Positions 1-9,804 of a stretch of DNA of 64,000 bases are shown one piece after another (the stretch's first letter is position 1; each line of letters starts with the position of its first letter). Both the position numbers and the translations under genes were made by a program. This DNA comes from a virus. The notes under the pieces were generated by a model, which was given only the letters and a program-made list of their open reading frames with translations, ran no database searches and had not been told where the DNA came from. The stretch spans positions 1-64,000 of IMG/VR virus record IMGVR_UViG_3300045256_000294; one strand, 5' to 3'.

Positions 1-16
1 GAGCACGTGTGGCCAT

Positions 17-412
17 TTAATCCATGAGAGTTTGGGCGATTTTCTTGACTTCTTCATTGACGACGAAAAGGGTCTTATCGTAAATTTGCACACCGTCTTT
101 CCAAACGCGACCTTTATCACTAACAAACGCAGCGTTCCCAGCGGCGTTCTCAACGAAGTTGATAAGACTTTCGCGAAGTTCAGGAGGAAGTGGTTTCCCC
201 TGGTCTTCTAACCGCCCCATGAACACGAAATCTTCTAGGACCTCGGCGGCCACAGGGCGACCTTCTTCAATGCGGCACAGCACCATCCAGTTCTGTGGTG
301 TATGCTGGATCGTGAGGCCGACTTGGTTGAACGTCTTTTCTAGAGCGTAGAGTGTCCGAAAGTTTGGACAACCTTGAAGTTTACCAACGACCACAGGAAG
401 ATTTGGGTTCAC
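17..412 (-). CDS. hypothetical phage protein
   Basis: 131-aa ORF, GTG start with AAGGAGG Shine-Dalgarno, directly downstream of the tail sheath gene. Confidence 0.75.
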   Translation of the reverse strand: MNPNLPVVVGKLQGCPNFRTLYALEKTFNQVGLTIQHTPQNWMVLCRIEEGRPVAAEVLEDFVFMGRLEDQGKPLPPELRESLINFVENAAGNAAFVSDKGRVWKDGVQIYDKTLFVVNEEVKKIAQTLMD

Positions 413-456
413 GATGGCCTCCTTAGATTATATTTACGGCCAATCGCGGACACGAA

Positions 457-484
457 ATGAGGGCCGGGTCATCCCGGCCCTCAT
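457..484 (-). terminator. hairpin/putative terminator after tail sheath gene
   Basis: Perfect 12-bp inverted repeat ATGAGGGCCGGG-TCAT-CCCGGCCCTCAT just past the sheath stop codon. Confidence 0.6.
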
Positions 485-501
485 AACAGACTTGGAACTC
501 C

Positions 502-3348
502 TTAAACTGCCGTAGCAGCGGTGACCACGCCGCCCGCAGCCAGGACCTCTTCGGCCGAGAAGCTCGCCCCGGTCCGGAGCACCGCGAGGTTCAGGACCAC
601 GAATTCCACCGTACGGGTCGGCTTCAGGAAGACCGACACCCACAGTTCGTTGCGGTCGATCCGCTCCGGGGTGTTGTTCGACGCATCGCAGATTACCCGG
701 AATGCCTGCAGACCACGCCGGGCCTGGATGTCCGCCAGGAACGGCTCAACCGTCGCCAACACCTGCTTCCACAGGATGTTGTCGTTCGGCTCGAAGATGT
801 AGTTGCGGAGCAGCCGGGTCAGGTTCTTCTTGATAAAGATCAGCAGCATCCGGACGTTCACGCGATCCAGAGCGGATTGCGTCCGCTGTAGAGTCCGCTG
901 GCCCCAGACGACGATCCCATCCTGCGGGAACTTCACGATCGGGTTCACCGCGTTCCCGGAACCGTACAACAGATCCCGCTCACTCTGGGTCGGACTGTAC
1001 TCGACATCCAGAGCCGTCAGCAGGCGACCACGCCGCAAACCGGCGGGAGCGAACCACTGCTCCGCGTCACGAGCGGTGCGGCTGAACACAGCGGCGATGT
1101 GGCCCGACGGCGGGATCCAGATCTCGTTGCTGCTGAACTGGTCGAAGACCCTGATCCAGCCCCAATAGAGGGCACCGTAACTGCTGTTGATGGCAGCCTT
1201 AAGGTCGCTGAGCAGCATCCCGTTGTGCCAGTCCACAGCCTGCTGCGGACGCAGACCGAACGGCGGGTCCACAAGATAGAGGACGTCGCCGCGGCTCTCG
1301 CACATCTGGAGAGCCGTCCCGATCACCGCACCGGTCGAGAAGCCGGGGGTGCACAGCAGGTTGATGTCAATCGCCTCCGGGTTCTGGAAAGCGTACAGAC
1401 CGGACGAGATCGCCGGGTTCCCGATCACCGCCGCGTCCAGTTCGGACGAGTAGGCCGGGTCCTGTGGAATGCCGTTCGCTTGCCCCTGGAACTCACGCTC
1501 CGTGAACTGCGAAGGGTACCGGACGGCGAAGTCGTCCAAGTTGACATTGTTCTCCAGGAACGCCGGCCGCTCCTCCCAATGCACGTAGGCGTTGCCGTTG
1601 ACCCCGCCGAACTTGGTGCCGGGGTTCACGAGGTTCCCGATGTAGCGGTCGTCCCGCTTGTCGAAGCTCACGTCATCGACCACATCCAAGACGGACCGGT
1701 TGGCGTCCTTGATGACGATCTTGTAACGGCCCGCCGCGGCGACCCCCTCGGTGAAGACCTCCAAGGAGGCCGACATGCCGTCCACCCAGGTACCAGGACT
1801 CGGAGCCACCAGCCACCCGACGATGTTCTGGAAATAAGCGGTGTCCGACGCACAGTCGCTGCCCAGCGGGTCCTGTTCGCACGACAGCGGAGTGGCCGCA
1901 GTGACCTCACCGGACGGCGGCAGAGTCAGCCGGTTGTCCTTGAAGCCACGGTAGGCCCGCTGGTACGGGTAAGGGATGTTCAGTTCTTCGGCGAACCGGA
2001 GAGTCTTCAGGTTCGAGAAGTTGGCCAGAAGCTTGAGGGTGTCGAACTCGTGGCCCACGCTGGTCACGATGACCACGTGCACCGATCCGCCCGGCACGGT
2101 CAGGGCGAAGGAGTTCCACAGCACGTCACCGGCGACAATCCCAGCCACGTCGATAGAGGAAGACACGCTTTCGGCGGTCTGATCCAGACCGATCGGAATG
2201 TTGAACTCCACCGTCTTGGTGGTGTCCTTCCCGATCAGGTTCATCTTAACGCGGTTGTTCTGGCTGGTGATATCGTACGGACCCTGGTCCACACCTAGCA
2301 GGTAGGAGCGGGGGATGTCCCAGGCGTACAGTTGGCTGCCAACTTCGAGAGCCCAGCCGGAGGTCCCGGTGATCTGGATGCGTTCGCCAGCCACCATGGT
2401 GCGAAGCTGCGGGATGGTGGTCACGCCGTCTTCCAGCGTGTACTCGACCATCAGATAGTTTTCGCTGCTGAGCAGGGCGTTCACCGCATCCACGAAGCCC
2501 CCGACAGTCGTGTAGGTCGCGGACGGCATCGTGTACTCGGTGCCGGTCGCCCCTTCGACGCTGATGGTGAACTTCCGGTTGTCCGGAGCGACCTTGAAGC
2601 TGAAGGTGTCGTTCTCGGCGATGACACCAGCGGACACCACGACCTGAACGGTCAGGCCGTTACCCAGATCGATCGCTTGGCTCGTCCCGTTGAAGTCGGA
2701 GTCGTCGAGGGTGCCTTCGGCGACCACTTCGCCGTCGGAGTTCCGGATGATCTGGAAGGTGGCCCCCTCCACACTAGCCTCGTCCGAAGCCGTGGGAGCA
2801 CCGGTGATGATCATGACGAACGAGTCGTCAACGTCCCCGGTGTAGGTGCCGACGACATTCAGGGTAGCGGAGGTTGCCCCGTCGGTGGTGCTTACCTCAA
2901 CGTCGTTGAACTCGATATCGGTCACGCTGGCCGCGTGGAACACCAGCGGATTGTCGCTGTTCACCTCGCGGAGATTGATCCGACCGTAATCGATGCCGGT
3001 GAACAACGGAATCCGGCCCCAACCCTTGCCGCGAGCACCGCTGTTATCAATGCAAATGGAGGACAGTTCTTCCGGCTGACCTTCCTCGCAGACCACGCCT
3101 ACCCGCATCACATAGCAGCCGGACCCTTCTTCGAGGTAGGCTAGTACGGCGTACATCAGGTAGGACTCAACGAATGGTTCGCCGAAGGTGTCCAGGGCCT
3201 GTTGTGCCGTGGTGATGAAAACGGCTTCGTTGAGTGGCCCCTTCTTCGCGGTGCCGATGAAGGCAGGCCGCAGTGGACCGACAGCGGTGGGAAGGACGCT
3301 GAGGTCGATCTCGCGGGGGAAGACACCCGGACTTAGGTAAACTGCCAT
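502..3348 (-). CDS. contractile tail sheath protein (T4 gp18-like)
   Basis: N-terminal YLSPGVFPREID and GTAKKGP; C-terminal WFAPAGLRRG, WGQRTL, RVNVRML, FEPND and LKPTRTVEFV sheath motifs. Confidence 0.97.
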   Translation of the reverse strand: MAVYLSPGVFPREIDLSVLPTAVGPLRPAFIGTAKKGPLNEAVFITTAQQALDTFGEPFVESYLMYAVLAYLEEGSGCYVMRVGVVCEEGQPEELSSICIDNSGARGKGWGRIPLFTGIDYGRINLREVNSDNPLVFHAASVTDIEFNDVEVSTTDGATSATLNVVGTYTGDVDDSFVMIITGAPTASDEASVEGATFQIIRNSDGEVVAEGTLDDSDFNGTSQAIDLGNGLTVQVVVSAGVIAENDTFSFKVAPDNRKFTISVEGATGTEYTMPSATYTTVGGFVDAVNALLSSENYLMVEYTLEDGVTTIPQLRTMVAGERIQITGTSGWALEVGSQLYAWDIPRSYLLGVDQGPYDITSQNNRVKMNLIGKDTTKTVEFNIPIGLDQTAESVSSSIDVAGIVAGDVLWNSFALTVPGGSVHVVIVTSVGHEFDTLKLLANFSNLKTLRFAEELNIPYPYQRAYRGFKDNRLTLPPSGEVTAATPLSCEQDPLGSDCASDTAYFQNIVGWLVAPSPGTWVDGMSASLEVFTEGVAAAGRYKIVIKDANRSVLDVVDDVSFDKRDDRYIGNLVNPGTKFGGVNGNAYVHWEERPAFLENNVNLDDFAVRYPSQFTEREFQGQANGIPQDPAYSSELDAAVIGNPAISSGLYAFQNPEAIDINLLCTPGFSTGAVIGTALQMCESRGDVLYLVDPPFGLRPQQAVDWHNGMLLSDLKAAINSSYGALYWGWIRVFDQFSSNEIWIPPSGHIAAVFSRTARDAEQWFAPAGLRRGRLLTALDVEYSPTQSERDLLYGSGNAVNPIVKFPQDGIVVWGQRTLQRTQSALDRVNVRMLLIFIKKNLTRLLRNYIFEPNDNILWKQVLATVEPFLADIQARRGLQAFRVICDASNNTPERIDRNELWVSVFLKPTRTVEFVVLNLAVLRTGASFSAEEVLAAGGVVTAATAV

Positions 3349-3433
3349 GAGATAACTCCAGTCGTCGCTGTAGTCGGATTCGAGTTATTTTTGCCGGGAC
3401 GTGTGGGACTTACCGCTGTCCCACCAGAGGGGT

Positions 3434-3679
3434 TCACTCCCCCTGGGCCGCCTCGCCATCGTAGTTCACTTGTAGCATCCGCCGCTTCTGCAGGTTCTCG
3501 ATCTGATCGATCCGCAGATACGACTTGGGAAGCATCACATCCTTCCCCGGCTCCAAACGAACCTGCTGTTCGTTAGAGAAGAAGTCAGACCCAGGAGCAC
3601 GCACCTGGAGCGGAATCATCTGCTTCGAGCAATTATATAGCCGCACCATCGCCGAGCGAGCTTTCTTAACCTTAGCCAC
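3434..3679 (-). CDS. small virion-associated protein (paralog of 21291..21521)
   Basis: GTG start at 3679 with GGAG SD; lies upstream of the sheath; shares the N.SKQ.[IV]P...Q....PG pattern with 21291..21521. Confidence 0.7.
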   Translation of the reverse strand: MAKVKKARSAMVRLYNCSKQMIPLQVRAPGSDFFSNEQQVRLEPGKDVMLPKSYLRIDQIENLQKRRMLQVNYDGEAAQGE

Positions 3680-3881
3680 GTTTGATCTCCGATTGATGTG
3701 GGCAGTAGCCCAGCAGGCCATGAGCAGCGTTGCAGTTGAAGCACAGCAATCGATGGCCAATCTGTGGCCACCCCTGCTCCTTCAACCAACGACAAAATTT
3801 TGAGCCGGAACCGACCTCTTTTAGACGCGGCCGTCGTGTACTTTGAGGGTAGCGGTAATTCACCTGATATTGCTCTTCCAT
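3672..3881 (-). pseudogene. truncated HNH endonuclease remnant
   Basis: Only the C-terminal WLKEQGWP..HRLLCFNCN..GYCPH motif, shared with the intact HNH genes in this window. Confidence 0.7.
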
Positions 3882-3972
3882 GGCGTCACCGCAAAGCGGT
3901 TATAAACCATCTCTGCTTAAGTACCGCTTCTTAGCGGTCTTCGCCATCGGAGTCCCCTGGGGGTTAGAGCTT

Positions 3973-4839
3973 TTATCGAGCTTTGTTCGGATCTTGAACC
4001 GGCTCCACCCACTTGTTAGCGAGAAGACCAGTTCCTTTGGAGGCCAGCAAGATCTCGCCGACCTTCTCCTTCAGCACGGTGACTCGACCTAGCACGGTCG
4101 GCACAATCTTCTCCGGCAGCGGCAACCAAGCCTCGGCCGTGATCGTCACCTCATACCGTACATTCGCTTGTTGGTCGTATCCACTCTCTTTGTCACTCGC
4201 ATCCTGGGAACCACCAAAGCGAAGCTGGACATTACCCTCCAGCTTCCCGTCGTACATCCGAAACTCAGCCAGCGGATTGAACCGCGTCAGTACCTGATAC
4301 AGGATGTATTCAGCATCCCGTTTGTGCTCAGCCCAGATCGTCAGCGTGTACTCCACCAGGAACGGGACTGGCCTATAAACCTTTACCGCAAGGTTCCCCC
4401 GCGTCGAGACATACCGAGCAGTCATCGCATGGTAGGCCGGACTGTACTTATCGGGGTTGAACTCGTGACCCGTCCGGTCCAGAGCCGCCAACGGCAGACG
4501 AGCCCGGCCCTCCTTAAGGTCATCCGCCCAGACCAACAAGCTCTTGTCACCACCCGCTACCTTCACCCGCATGAACCGGTATGAGTTCTTGGTCGGCACC
4601 CGAATACCAGACCAGTATTGCTTCATCGCATTATCGAGAGCCCGAAAACCGGGCTGCAGAAACTCTTCCAGGTGATACGGGTAAGCCATGAAGTCGGAGC
4701 CGTCCAACGGGCTCCGCCCACCCTCGACGTGCGACAACTGCCGGGCACCAGGAAGCTCCGCTGCCCCATTGGGCAGAGAAGCCCGTTCAGCCGGGTTAGG
4801 GCCTTGTGCCGGATCTCCGCCGAAACTGTGAATTGGCAT
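3973..4839 (-). CDS. tail terminator / tail completion protein (T4 gp15-like)
   Basis: LPLAALDRTG and PVPFLVEYTLTIWAE..D...ILYQVL motifs; position between neck and sheath genes. Confidence 0.7.
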   Translation of the reverse strand: MPIHSFGGDPAQGPNPAERASLPNGAAELPGARQLSHVEGGRSPLDGSDFMAYPYHLEEFLQPGFRALDNAMKQYWSGIRVPTKNSYRFMRVKVAGGDKSLLVWADDLKEGRARLPLAALDRTGHEFNPDKYSPAYHAMTARYVSTRGNLAVKVYRPVPFLVEYTLTIWAEHKRDAEYILYQVLTRFNPLAEFRMYDGKLEGNVQLRFGGSQDASDKESGYDQQANVRYEVTITAEAWLPLPEKIVPTVLGRVTVLKEKVGEILLASKGTGLLANKWVEPVQDPNKAR

Positions 4840-4843
4840 AACG

Positions 4844-5122
4844 TTACTTCAGTAGGTCGGCAAGAGCAGTCGGGTTCTTCAGACTGTCCATAGTCTGCTT
4901 CACCCGCTTCTCGATATCCTTGTTCACGTCCGGGTCAGCACTCTGGCCGATCAACGTCGTCTCGATCTTGTGGCCCTGAACCTTCTTACCAGCCTGGGCC
5001 ATCTCGATCTCGGCATTGTCCTTGAGTTTCTTTGCGATCGCATCGCACAAGCTAGTCAAGAACTTGTGGTTCGACACCTCGAACTTCTTCCGCAATCCCT
5101 TCAGTTGGTCAGAGACTTTCAC
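4844..5122 (-). CDS. hypothetical protein
   Basis: Probable GTG start (VKVSDQ) with GGAGG SD, overlapping the upstream stop. Confidence 0.6.
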   Translation of the reverse strand: MKVSDQLKGLRKKFEVSNHKFLTSLCDAIAKKLKDNAEIEMAQAGKKVQGHKIETTLIGQSADPDVNKDIEKRVKQTMDSLKNPTALADLLK

Positions 5123-5744
5123 GGTAACCTCCCATCTCCGGCCGCGGCTCCTCGGCCATCGGAGCCGCATCTGCCGGGCGAACCGTAATGTCGGCCGTCA
5201 GTAGGGTCACTTGGCAGGTAAAGTACAACCAGTGGTACCGGAAATTCCCGGACGGGGTAGCGTTCGTTACCCGGTAGTACCGCGGGTCCAAACCCTGAGT
5301 CGCCGCGTTGTACGGCACCCGGACCAGATCACCCACCCGCAACATCCGGTCGTTGAATTGGCGATATAGCTGGTGGTGGCTGAAGACGATCTCCATCTTG
5401 TTTTCGGAGTCGGCACCCCACTTTTTGAGTTCCAGTTCGAGCGGCTGCGGCTTGAAGTACGCCTTCATTGGCACCGGATTCCAATAGGTCGGGTCCGGGT
5501 CAGCGTCGAACACCTTGTCGTAGTCCTGGTTGTCGGTGCGGGCGTAAACGACGACCTCGGCCCCGGAGATATTAATGATTTCGTCAGCCTTCTTACGGGC
5601 CTCCTTCAGATCGTTGCTTTCCGGGTCATGTAGGGCGACGGGGGTGTGCCGCTGCTCGGCTTCACTCCGGAAATCCGGGTGAATGTTATCGAACAGGTCC
5701 CCACCAGATTGACCGGTATCCACACCAAATCGATAAACAGGCAC
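5109..5744 (-). CDS. neck / head closure protein (T4 gp14-like)
   Basis: GTG start with AAGGAGG; E.I.ISGAEVVVY, D.VFDAD, ELKKWG, GDLVRVPY motifs; structural context. Confidence 0.7.
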   Translation of the reverse strand: MPVYRFGVDTGQSGGDLFDNIHPDFRSEAEQRHTPVALHDPESNDLKEARKKADEIINISGAEVVVYARTDNQDYDKVFDADPDPTYWNPVPMKAYFKPQPLELELKKWGADSENKMEIVFSHHQLYRQFNDRMLRVGDLVRVPYNAATQGLDPRYYRVTNATPSGNFRYHWLYFTCQVTLLTADITVRPADAAPMAEEPRPEMGGYRESL

Positions 5745-5745
5745 C

Positions 5746-6339
5746 TCAGACCTCCTTCGCGAATATCTTGACCTGATGGCAGTTCGCACAAAGTAGTTGG
5801 ATACCAGTAGCATCCCGGATGTGCCCCTTATACCGGAGACGCATCTGGCGGTTCCTGTGTCGCATCCACCCATCGTTCTCCACGTGGTCAAACTGAAGAA
5901 CCGCCTCGTCCGCCTCCCCACAACCAGTACAGCACCCACCGCATTTGGCGATCGCAGCTAACCGCAAGCTCTCCACTTCCTCAGACCGGCTAGCTTTGTC
6001 GTTCCTTTTCCGCCAGTTGCAATTAGCACAGAGAAGTTGGTAACCTTCCGGGTTAGCCAGGATTTTCAAGTACAATTGTCGGCACGACAACGACTTCCTC
6101 TCCGCGGCACCGTCGTCGTGCCTGTGATCGACTTGGAGCATAGCCGAGTTCGTCTGTCCGCACCGGCATTGGTTCCCAAGAATGGTCAGCACCCGCACCC
6201 GCAGATTGGCGATATATTTCCGCTCGCGGGCAGCCAAGACAGCCCTCCCTTCCGGGGTGGCCCGAAGGCTAGCCATTTTCTCTTTCGCTGCGGTGCGGTA
6301 AATCTCAGCTTTAGCGGCGTATTTGGCGACGATAGGCAT
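5746..6339 (-). CDS. free-standing HNH homing endonuclease (tandem HNH domains)
   Basis: Two C..C...LQ.DH..DG...QLLCANC repeats. Confidence 0.85.
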   Translation of the reverse strand: MPIVAKYAAKAEIYRTAAKEKMASLRATPEGRAVLAARERKYIANLRVRVLTILGNQCRCGQTNSAMLQVDHRHDDGAAERKSLSCRQLYLKILANPEGYQLLCANCNWRKRNDKASRSEEVESLRLAAIAKCGGCCTGCGEADEAVLQFDHVENDGWMRHRNRQMRLRYKGHIRDATGIQLLCANCHQVKIFAKEV

Positions 6340-6365
6340 ATAGTCCCCTCCACTGTATTTTTGGC

Positions 6366-6644
6366 ATGATGAGGAACGACATCCCAGATGCGATCGCCGG
6401 CTTCTTACGTGAGTAAAGCTTCGATGTTCACTACGAGACTCCCGGTGGTACCATCACGGTCGATCCGTTTGGGAAACACTATATCAACATCCTTGTCTGG
6501 CACAATCCCACGCTGTCTGTCAGCGTTAACCCCTCCGGTGTCGGCTACTCGATCGCCTCGATCGATATGAACGACCCGAACCCACTCGACCAACTAGCCA
6601 CTGCCATAAGAACGTGGAAGGAGAAGAACAACGGGCTAGGCTAA
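6366..6644 (+). pseudogene. small D-L/M-x-D/N-P family protein with internal TAA
   Basis: Manual translation MMRNDIPDAIAGFLRE*SFDVHY...IDMNDPNPLDQLATAIR; in-frame TAA at 6414-6416. Confidence 0.6.
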
Positions 6645-7008
6645 CGGCTACATTACTCAACTGCAAAGCGGTGCCACAGTGCAGTGCCGCCCCCGCGGCG
6701 AAGATCTGAAAATCCTGGAGCGGGTCCCGGTCTGGAGGATGTGTGCGTTAGCCGGAATGGGCCACATACACGTCTACTCTTACCACAGCAAGAACATATG
6801 GGGCGAGAAAGACCACCGTAGCATTCCGGGAGTCCAACCGAAGAGTTTCTTACTAGAGCGACGGGAGCTTATTGAACGAAGCCTTGTCGCCGCCGGTCTG
6901 GAAGGTCCGTTCCACGTAACCGGCAGCGACGGTTTGGCTTTCACTTCTTCTTGCGGCGTTGATTTGGCCAGCCTTCGTACCAGAACTGCTTCGGTATCTC
7001 GTTCATGA
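6643..7008 (+). pseudogene. C-terminal remnant of a glycosyltransferase-like gene
   Basis: RGED and HVYSYHSKNIW motifs resemble GT2 C-termini; no N-terminal part or clear start. Confidence 0.35.
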
Positions 7009-7183
7009 GTTCCACGCAGTCAATGCACAGTACGATATTCTTGATGTCTTCCAAAGTTCCATCGGGTCCTATTGGCACTCGCCCGGTCCCAACTGGAGAT
7101 GTTTCGCAAGGTTTCTCACATCGGCAGCATGTGCTGTGGATAGCGATTTCCGGCTTGGCCGGATAGTTCACTTCAAAGCCCAT
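6941..7183 (-). CDS. small Zn-binding hypothetical protein
   Basis: 80 aa with CCRC and LCIDC; start abuts the upstream stop. Confidence 0.6.
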   Translation of the reverse strand: MGFEVNYPAKPEIAIHSTCCRCEKPCETSPVGTGRVPIGPDGTLEDIKNIVLCIDCVELMNEIPKQFWYEGWPNQRRKKK

Positions 7184-7758
7184 TAGCCGACCCCACCGGG
7201 GAAATCACCGCCTTGCCAGCTAGGAAGCGGAGGCAACACACCACCCGCTGCAGGGAATGACCCTTCGGGCTTATAGGGGTCTTGTTCTGGTGGCTCTGCT
7301 AGCTGGAAGTCTGGGTGAGGACAGTAGCCCATCCCGTTGCTGTCGCAGATGTCGAACTTCTCCTCAACAGGAAGATCGTCACTCGCTAGGCTCTTCAGGA
7401 TCTTATAGTAGTCCTCATAGCTCTGACAGGGGCAGTCCGGCTTTAGCGGTGGCAGGACGAACCACTTCTGGCGGAAACCACCGCGATTGAAGTTGGCCCC
7501 AAGCTTCACGAACGAGCCTGGAATCGCAGCAAGAGCAACTTGCAGATCGACCAACGGATTACCGATACCGTGCTTGGCAAGGTACGCACCCAGAGTACGC
7601 GAGGACAGAGCACTGGTCGGCTCATAACCAGGGACCAGAATCTTGTTGCCGGGCATGACTTCCAATTGCCAGGCGATCGTGTGCGTCCAAGTTGACGGAC
7701 TAGCGATCATGGTCCACCTGAATACTGATAATATAACTTCACCACAACCACCGTACAT
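7183..7758 (-). CDS. hypothetical protein (start uncertain, possibly ~7656)
   Basis: 191-aa ORF in the neck operon. Confidence 0.6.
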   Translation of the reverse strand: MYGGCGEVILSVFRWTMIASPSTWTHTIAWQLEVMPGNKILVPGYEPTSALSSRTLGAYLAKHGIGNPLVDLQVALAAIPGSFVKLGANFNRGGFRQKWFVLPPLKPDCPCQSYEDYYKILKSLASDDLPVEEKFDICDSNGMGYCPHPDFQLAEPPEQDPYKPEGSFPAAGGVLPPLPSWQGGDFPGGVG

Positions 7759-7991
7759 CCAGTCATGCGAATCCGACTTCTAGCCGACTCGGGCGTTCGG
7801 TTTGGTCGTGGATTAATAACAATTCCATATCGACGCAAGGCCGACGTAACGGCTTTCTTTCCGCAACCTATCAATTTCGCAATTTGGCGAGTAGTCAGCC
7901 CCTCAACTTCATAATGATCTCGAAGCCAAGCTTCATTCATCAAAAAGTCAGCAGCCGGCCCAACTTGCTGTCGATAATTGGTTGTTAGCAT
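7707..7991 (-). CDS. HTH DNA-binding fragment, probable homing endonuclease remnant
   Basis: WLRDHYEVEGLTTRQIAKLIGCG..V...LRRYGI helix-turn-helix in AT-richer DNA. Confidence 0.55.
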   Translation of the reverse strand: MLTTNYRQQVGPAADFLMNEAWLRDHYEVEGLTTRQIAKLIGCGKKAVTSALRRYGIVINPRPNRTPESARSRIRMTGCTVVVVKLYYQYSGGP

Positions 7992-8767
7992 ACAACATCT
8001 TTAAATGAACCGATAAGCGTTCCCAATACCGGAAGCAGCCAATTCCACGTCCAGAAACCCATTGGTTCACCCAAGTTGATGGCCTGCTCTAAGATTTTCT
8101 CTTTGGCCGTCTCACCTTCCTGAACCAGATCCGAACCGTCGTAACTGATGCTACCACCGTCGGGGGTTGGCATACCGGAGATCTTACGGCGAGAGTTGCC
8201 GACCATGATCCGAGCTTCAGCTAGCATCAGATCATAGCACAATTGACGAGCCTGGGGGCTGCGAAAATGGGTCACGACCGGGATGTAGAGGACCGTAACC
8301 GGGAACGCACCCTTGGGAGTTGGATAGAGACGGATCTTTTGATCCTTGGCACTCAGAGAATCACCTTCAACGTCAGAATTGCCTTCGTTGATGACCTCCC
8401 AATGCCCCTCGGTGCCAAGGATCTTCTGGCTGAACTTGCGGTAGGCCGCGAGCAGGTGGTAGTCCAGCAGAATGTTCTGGATGCCGGAGATGTTCCCAAC
8501 GTTGCTGCCAATGGATTTTTTAATTCCAATTCTTTTCCGCACATCTTTGAAAATGTCGTTTGTCTGGTTATAACTATAACCAAAATCAGACAAGCGTTTA
8601 ATAAATTGCGGCCCGTGGTCGGCGTCCCCAGCTTCGATGTGGGCGATTTCGTGGGCGATGTCTTTGGCGGTAGCCGATTCAACAAATTTATTAGATATAA
8701 AAATTTCTGCGGTTTCAACATCGCAAAATGCCCGCACATGAGCAAATGGAAGCACTTTGATAATCAT
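7985..8767 (-). CDS. fusion: SprT-like HExxH metalloprotease domain (aa 1-88) + C-terminal half of gp13-like neck protein
   Basis: AFCD..IFIS..HEIAH...DHGPQF, then NVGNISGIQNILL...KIRLYPTP...LAEARIMVG..R.K...PDGG.ISYDGSDLVQEG...GEPMGF (gp13-like C-terminus). Confidence 0.8.
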   Translation of the reverse strand: MIIKVLPFAHVRAFCDVETAEIFISNKFVESATAKDIAHEIAHIEAGDADHGPQFIKRLSDFGYSYNQTNDIFKDVRKRIGIKKSIGSNVGNISGIQNILLDYHLLAAYRKFSQKILGTEGHWEVINEGNSDVEGDSLSAKDQKIRLYPTPKGAFPVTVLYIPVVTHFRSPQARQLCYDLMLAEARIMVGNSRRKISGMPTPDGGSISYDGSDLVQEGETAKEKILEQAINLGEPMGFWTWNWLLPVLGTLIGSFKDVVC

Positions 8768-9804
8768 CGCACATACCTCACCGAGTACAAATCACTCCCC
8801 AACTTCCGTGGCGGCGTGGCCCGCCACTTCCCAAGCGTAAAGCCAACAGCTTCATTTATAGTTTTGAAATAATAGGTAACTTGTGTGGCAGCGGCTTTGG
8901 GGGGCGGCCACCGAAATTCAACAGCCTCGGTACGCCAGCCGGTTTTAAGTAAATCCATCCCAGCGGATAGCTCATCAGAACTGGATTTACGAAAGATCAC
9001 CCCGGCCTCTTCAGCTCGCCGGCTGGCATAAATCCGTTTATCATCTGGCACAAGAACTCTATTAGGCTTAACCTCGATCCATTCTATCTTGTCCGGCCAA
9101 ACCACTGTAAAATCTATGATATAAAGGCGCTGTTTGCCGGTTAACATGTCAACATAAGGCACCCACATCTCCTCATAATACCACTCCAACCCAAGCTTAT
9201 CAAGCAACATCGCATAAGATAATTCATGCAGGGATCGAAATAAATATTTCGTACCGTTGACGGCTGTATACTCAGCTCTAATAGTCGATCGTCTCGTCTT
9301 CTCCAGTACGTCTGGCCGTTGGGCGGGTGCCAGCACTCCGTGCAAACGCAGATGGCGGGCCTGCATGGACTTTGATATCTGCTGTCTGGTTTTCTTCAGT
9401 CCCAACCGCTTGATGTGCTTCCGAATAACATTATAATGAACTGGTGGTTCTATAGTTTCAGCTATGGTCTTACTATCGAGATTCTGTTCAATAAAAAGTT
9501 TTTCTAGCTCGGCATCAGATAACACATATTTTCGATTGGGGTGTTTTGAACGAGCCAGCGGAGTATGATTATGGATGGAGGTGTCAACGCCGGCTATGCG
9601 TAGTCTTCTTTTGACAGTAGCCACTGAACAATTAAACTCGGCTGCACAGTCCGACAAAGTATGCGTTGCGAAGAACTGGATCAGTTTGGTGATATTTAAC
9701 TCTTTCTTATTAGCGATCACCCTGGGCGTGAATTTACCTGGATAGAAATCTGGTCGGTCCTTATGTTTAATGGATGAGGACCGGTTCCCCTTCCGTGCAG
9801 CCAT
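8764..9804 (-). CDS. free-standing PD-(D/E)xK (TnsA/gp4-like) endonuclease with HTH domains
   Basis: FRSLHE, WYYE..VPY, YIIDF, IEVKP motifs; AT-rich; overlaps both neck gene halves. Confidence 0.85.
   Translation of the reverse strand: MAARKGNRSSSIKHKDRPDFYPGKFTPRVIANKKELNITKLIQFFATHTLSDCAAEFNCSVATVKRRLRIAGVDTSIHNHTPLARSKHPNRKYVLSDAELEKLFIEQNLDSKTIAETIEPPVHYNVIRKHIKRLGLKKTRQQISKSMQARHLRLHGVLAPAQRPDVLEKTRRSTIRAEYTAVNGTKYLFRSLHELSYAMLLDKLGLEWYYEEMWVPYVDMLTGKQRLYIIDFTVVWPDKIEWIEVKPNRVLVPDDKRIYASRRAEEAGVIFRKSSSDELSAGMDLLKTGWRTEAVEFRWPPPKAAATQVTYYFKTINEAVGFTLGKWRATPPRKLGSDLYSVRYVR

Noticed and set aside
1099-3144. Long + strand ORFs (399 and 270 aa) opposite the tail sheath, and similar ones at 26276..27460, 40407..41264 and 61087..61812
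   Set aside because: Antisense shadows of GC3-biased genes with no recognisable motifs
8690-8767. MIIKVLPFAHVRAFCDVETAEIFISN read as a conventional IntC
   Set aside because: The Asn is followed by Lys, not Cys/Ser/Thr, lies over 60 aa before the neck sequence resumes, and the segment fits the beta strands preceding a SprT-like HExxH helix
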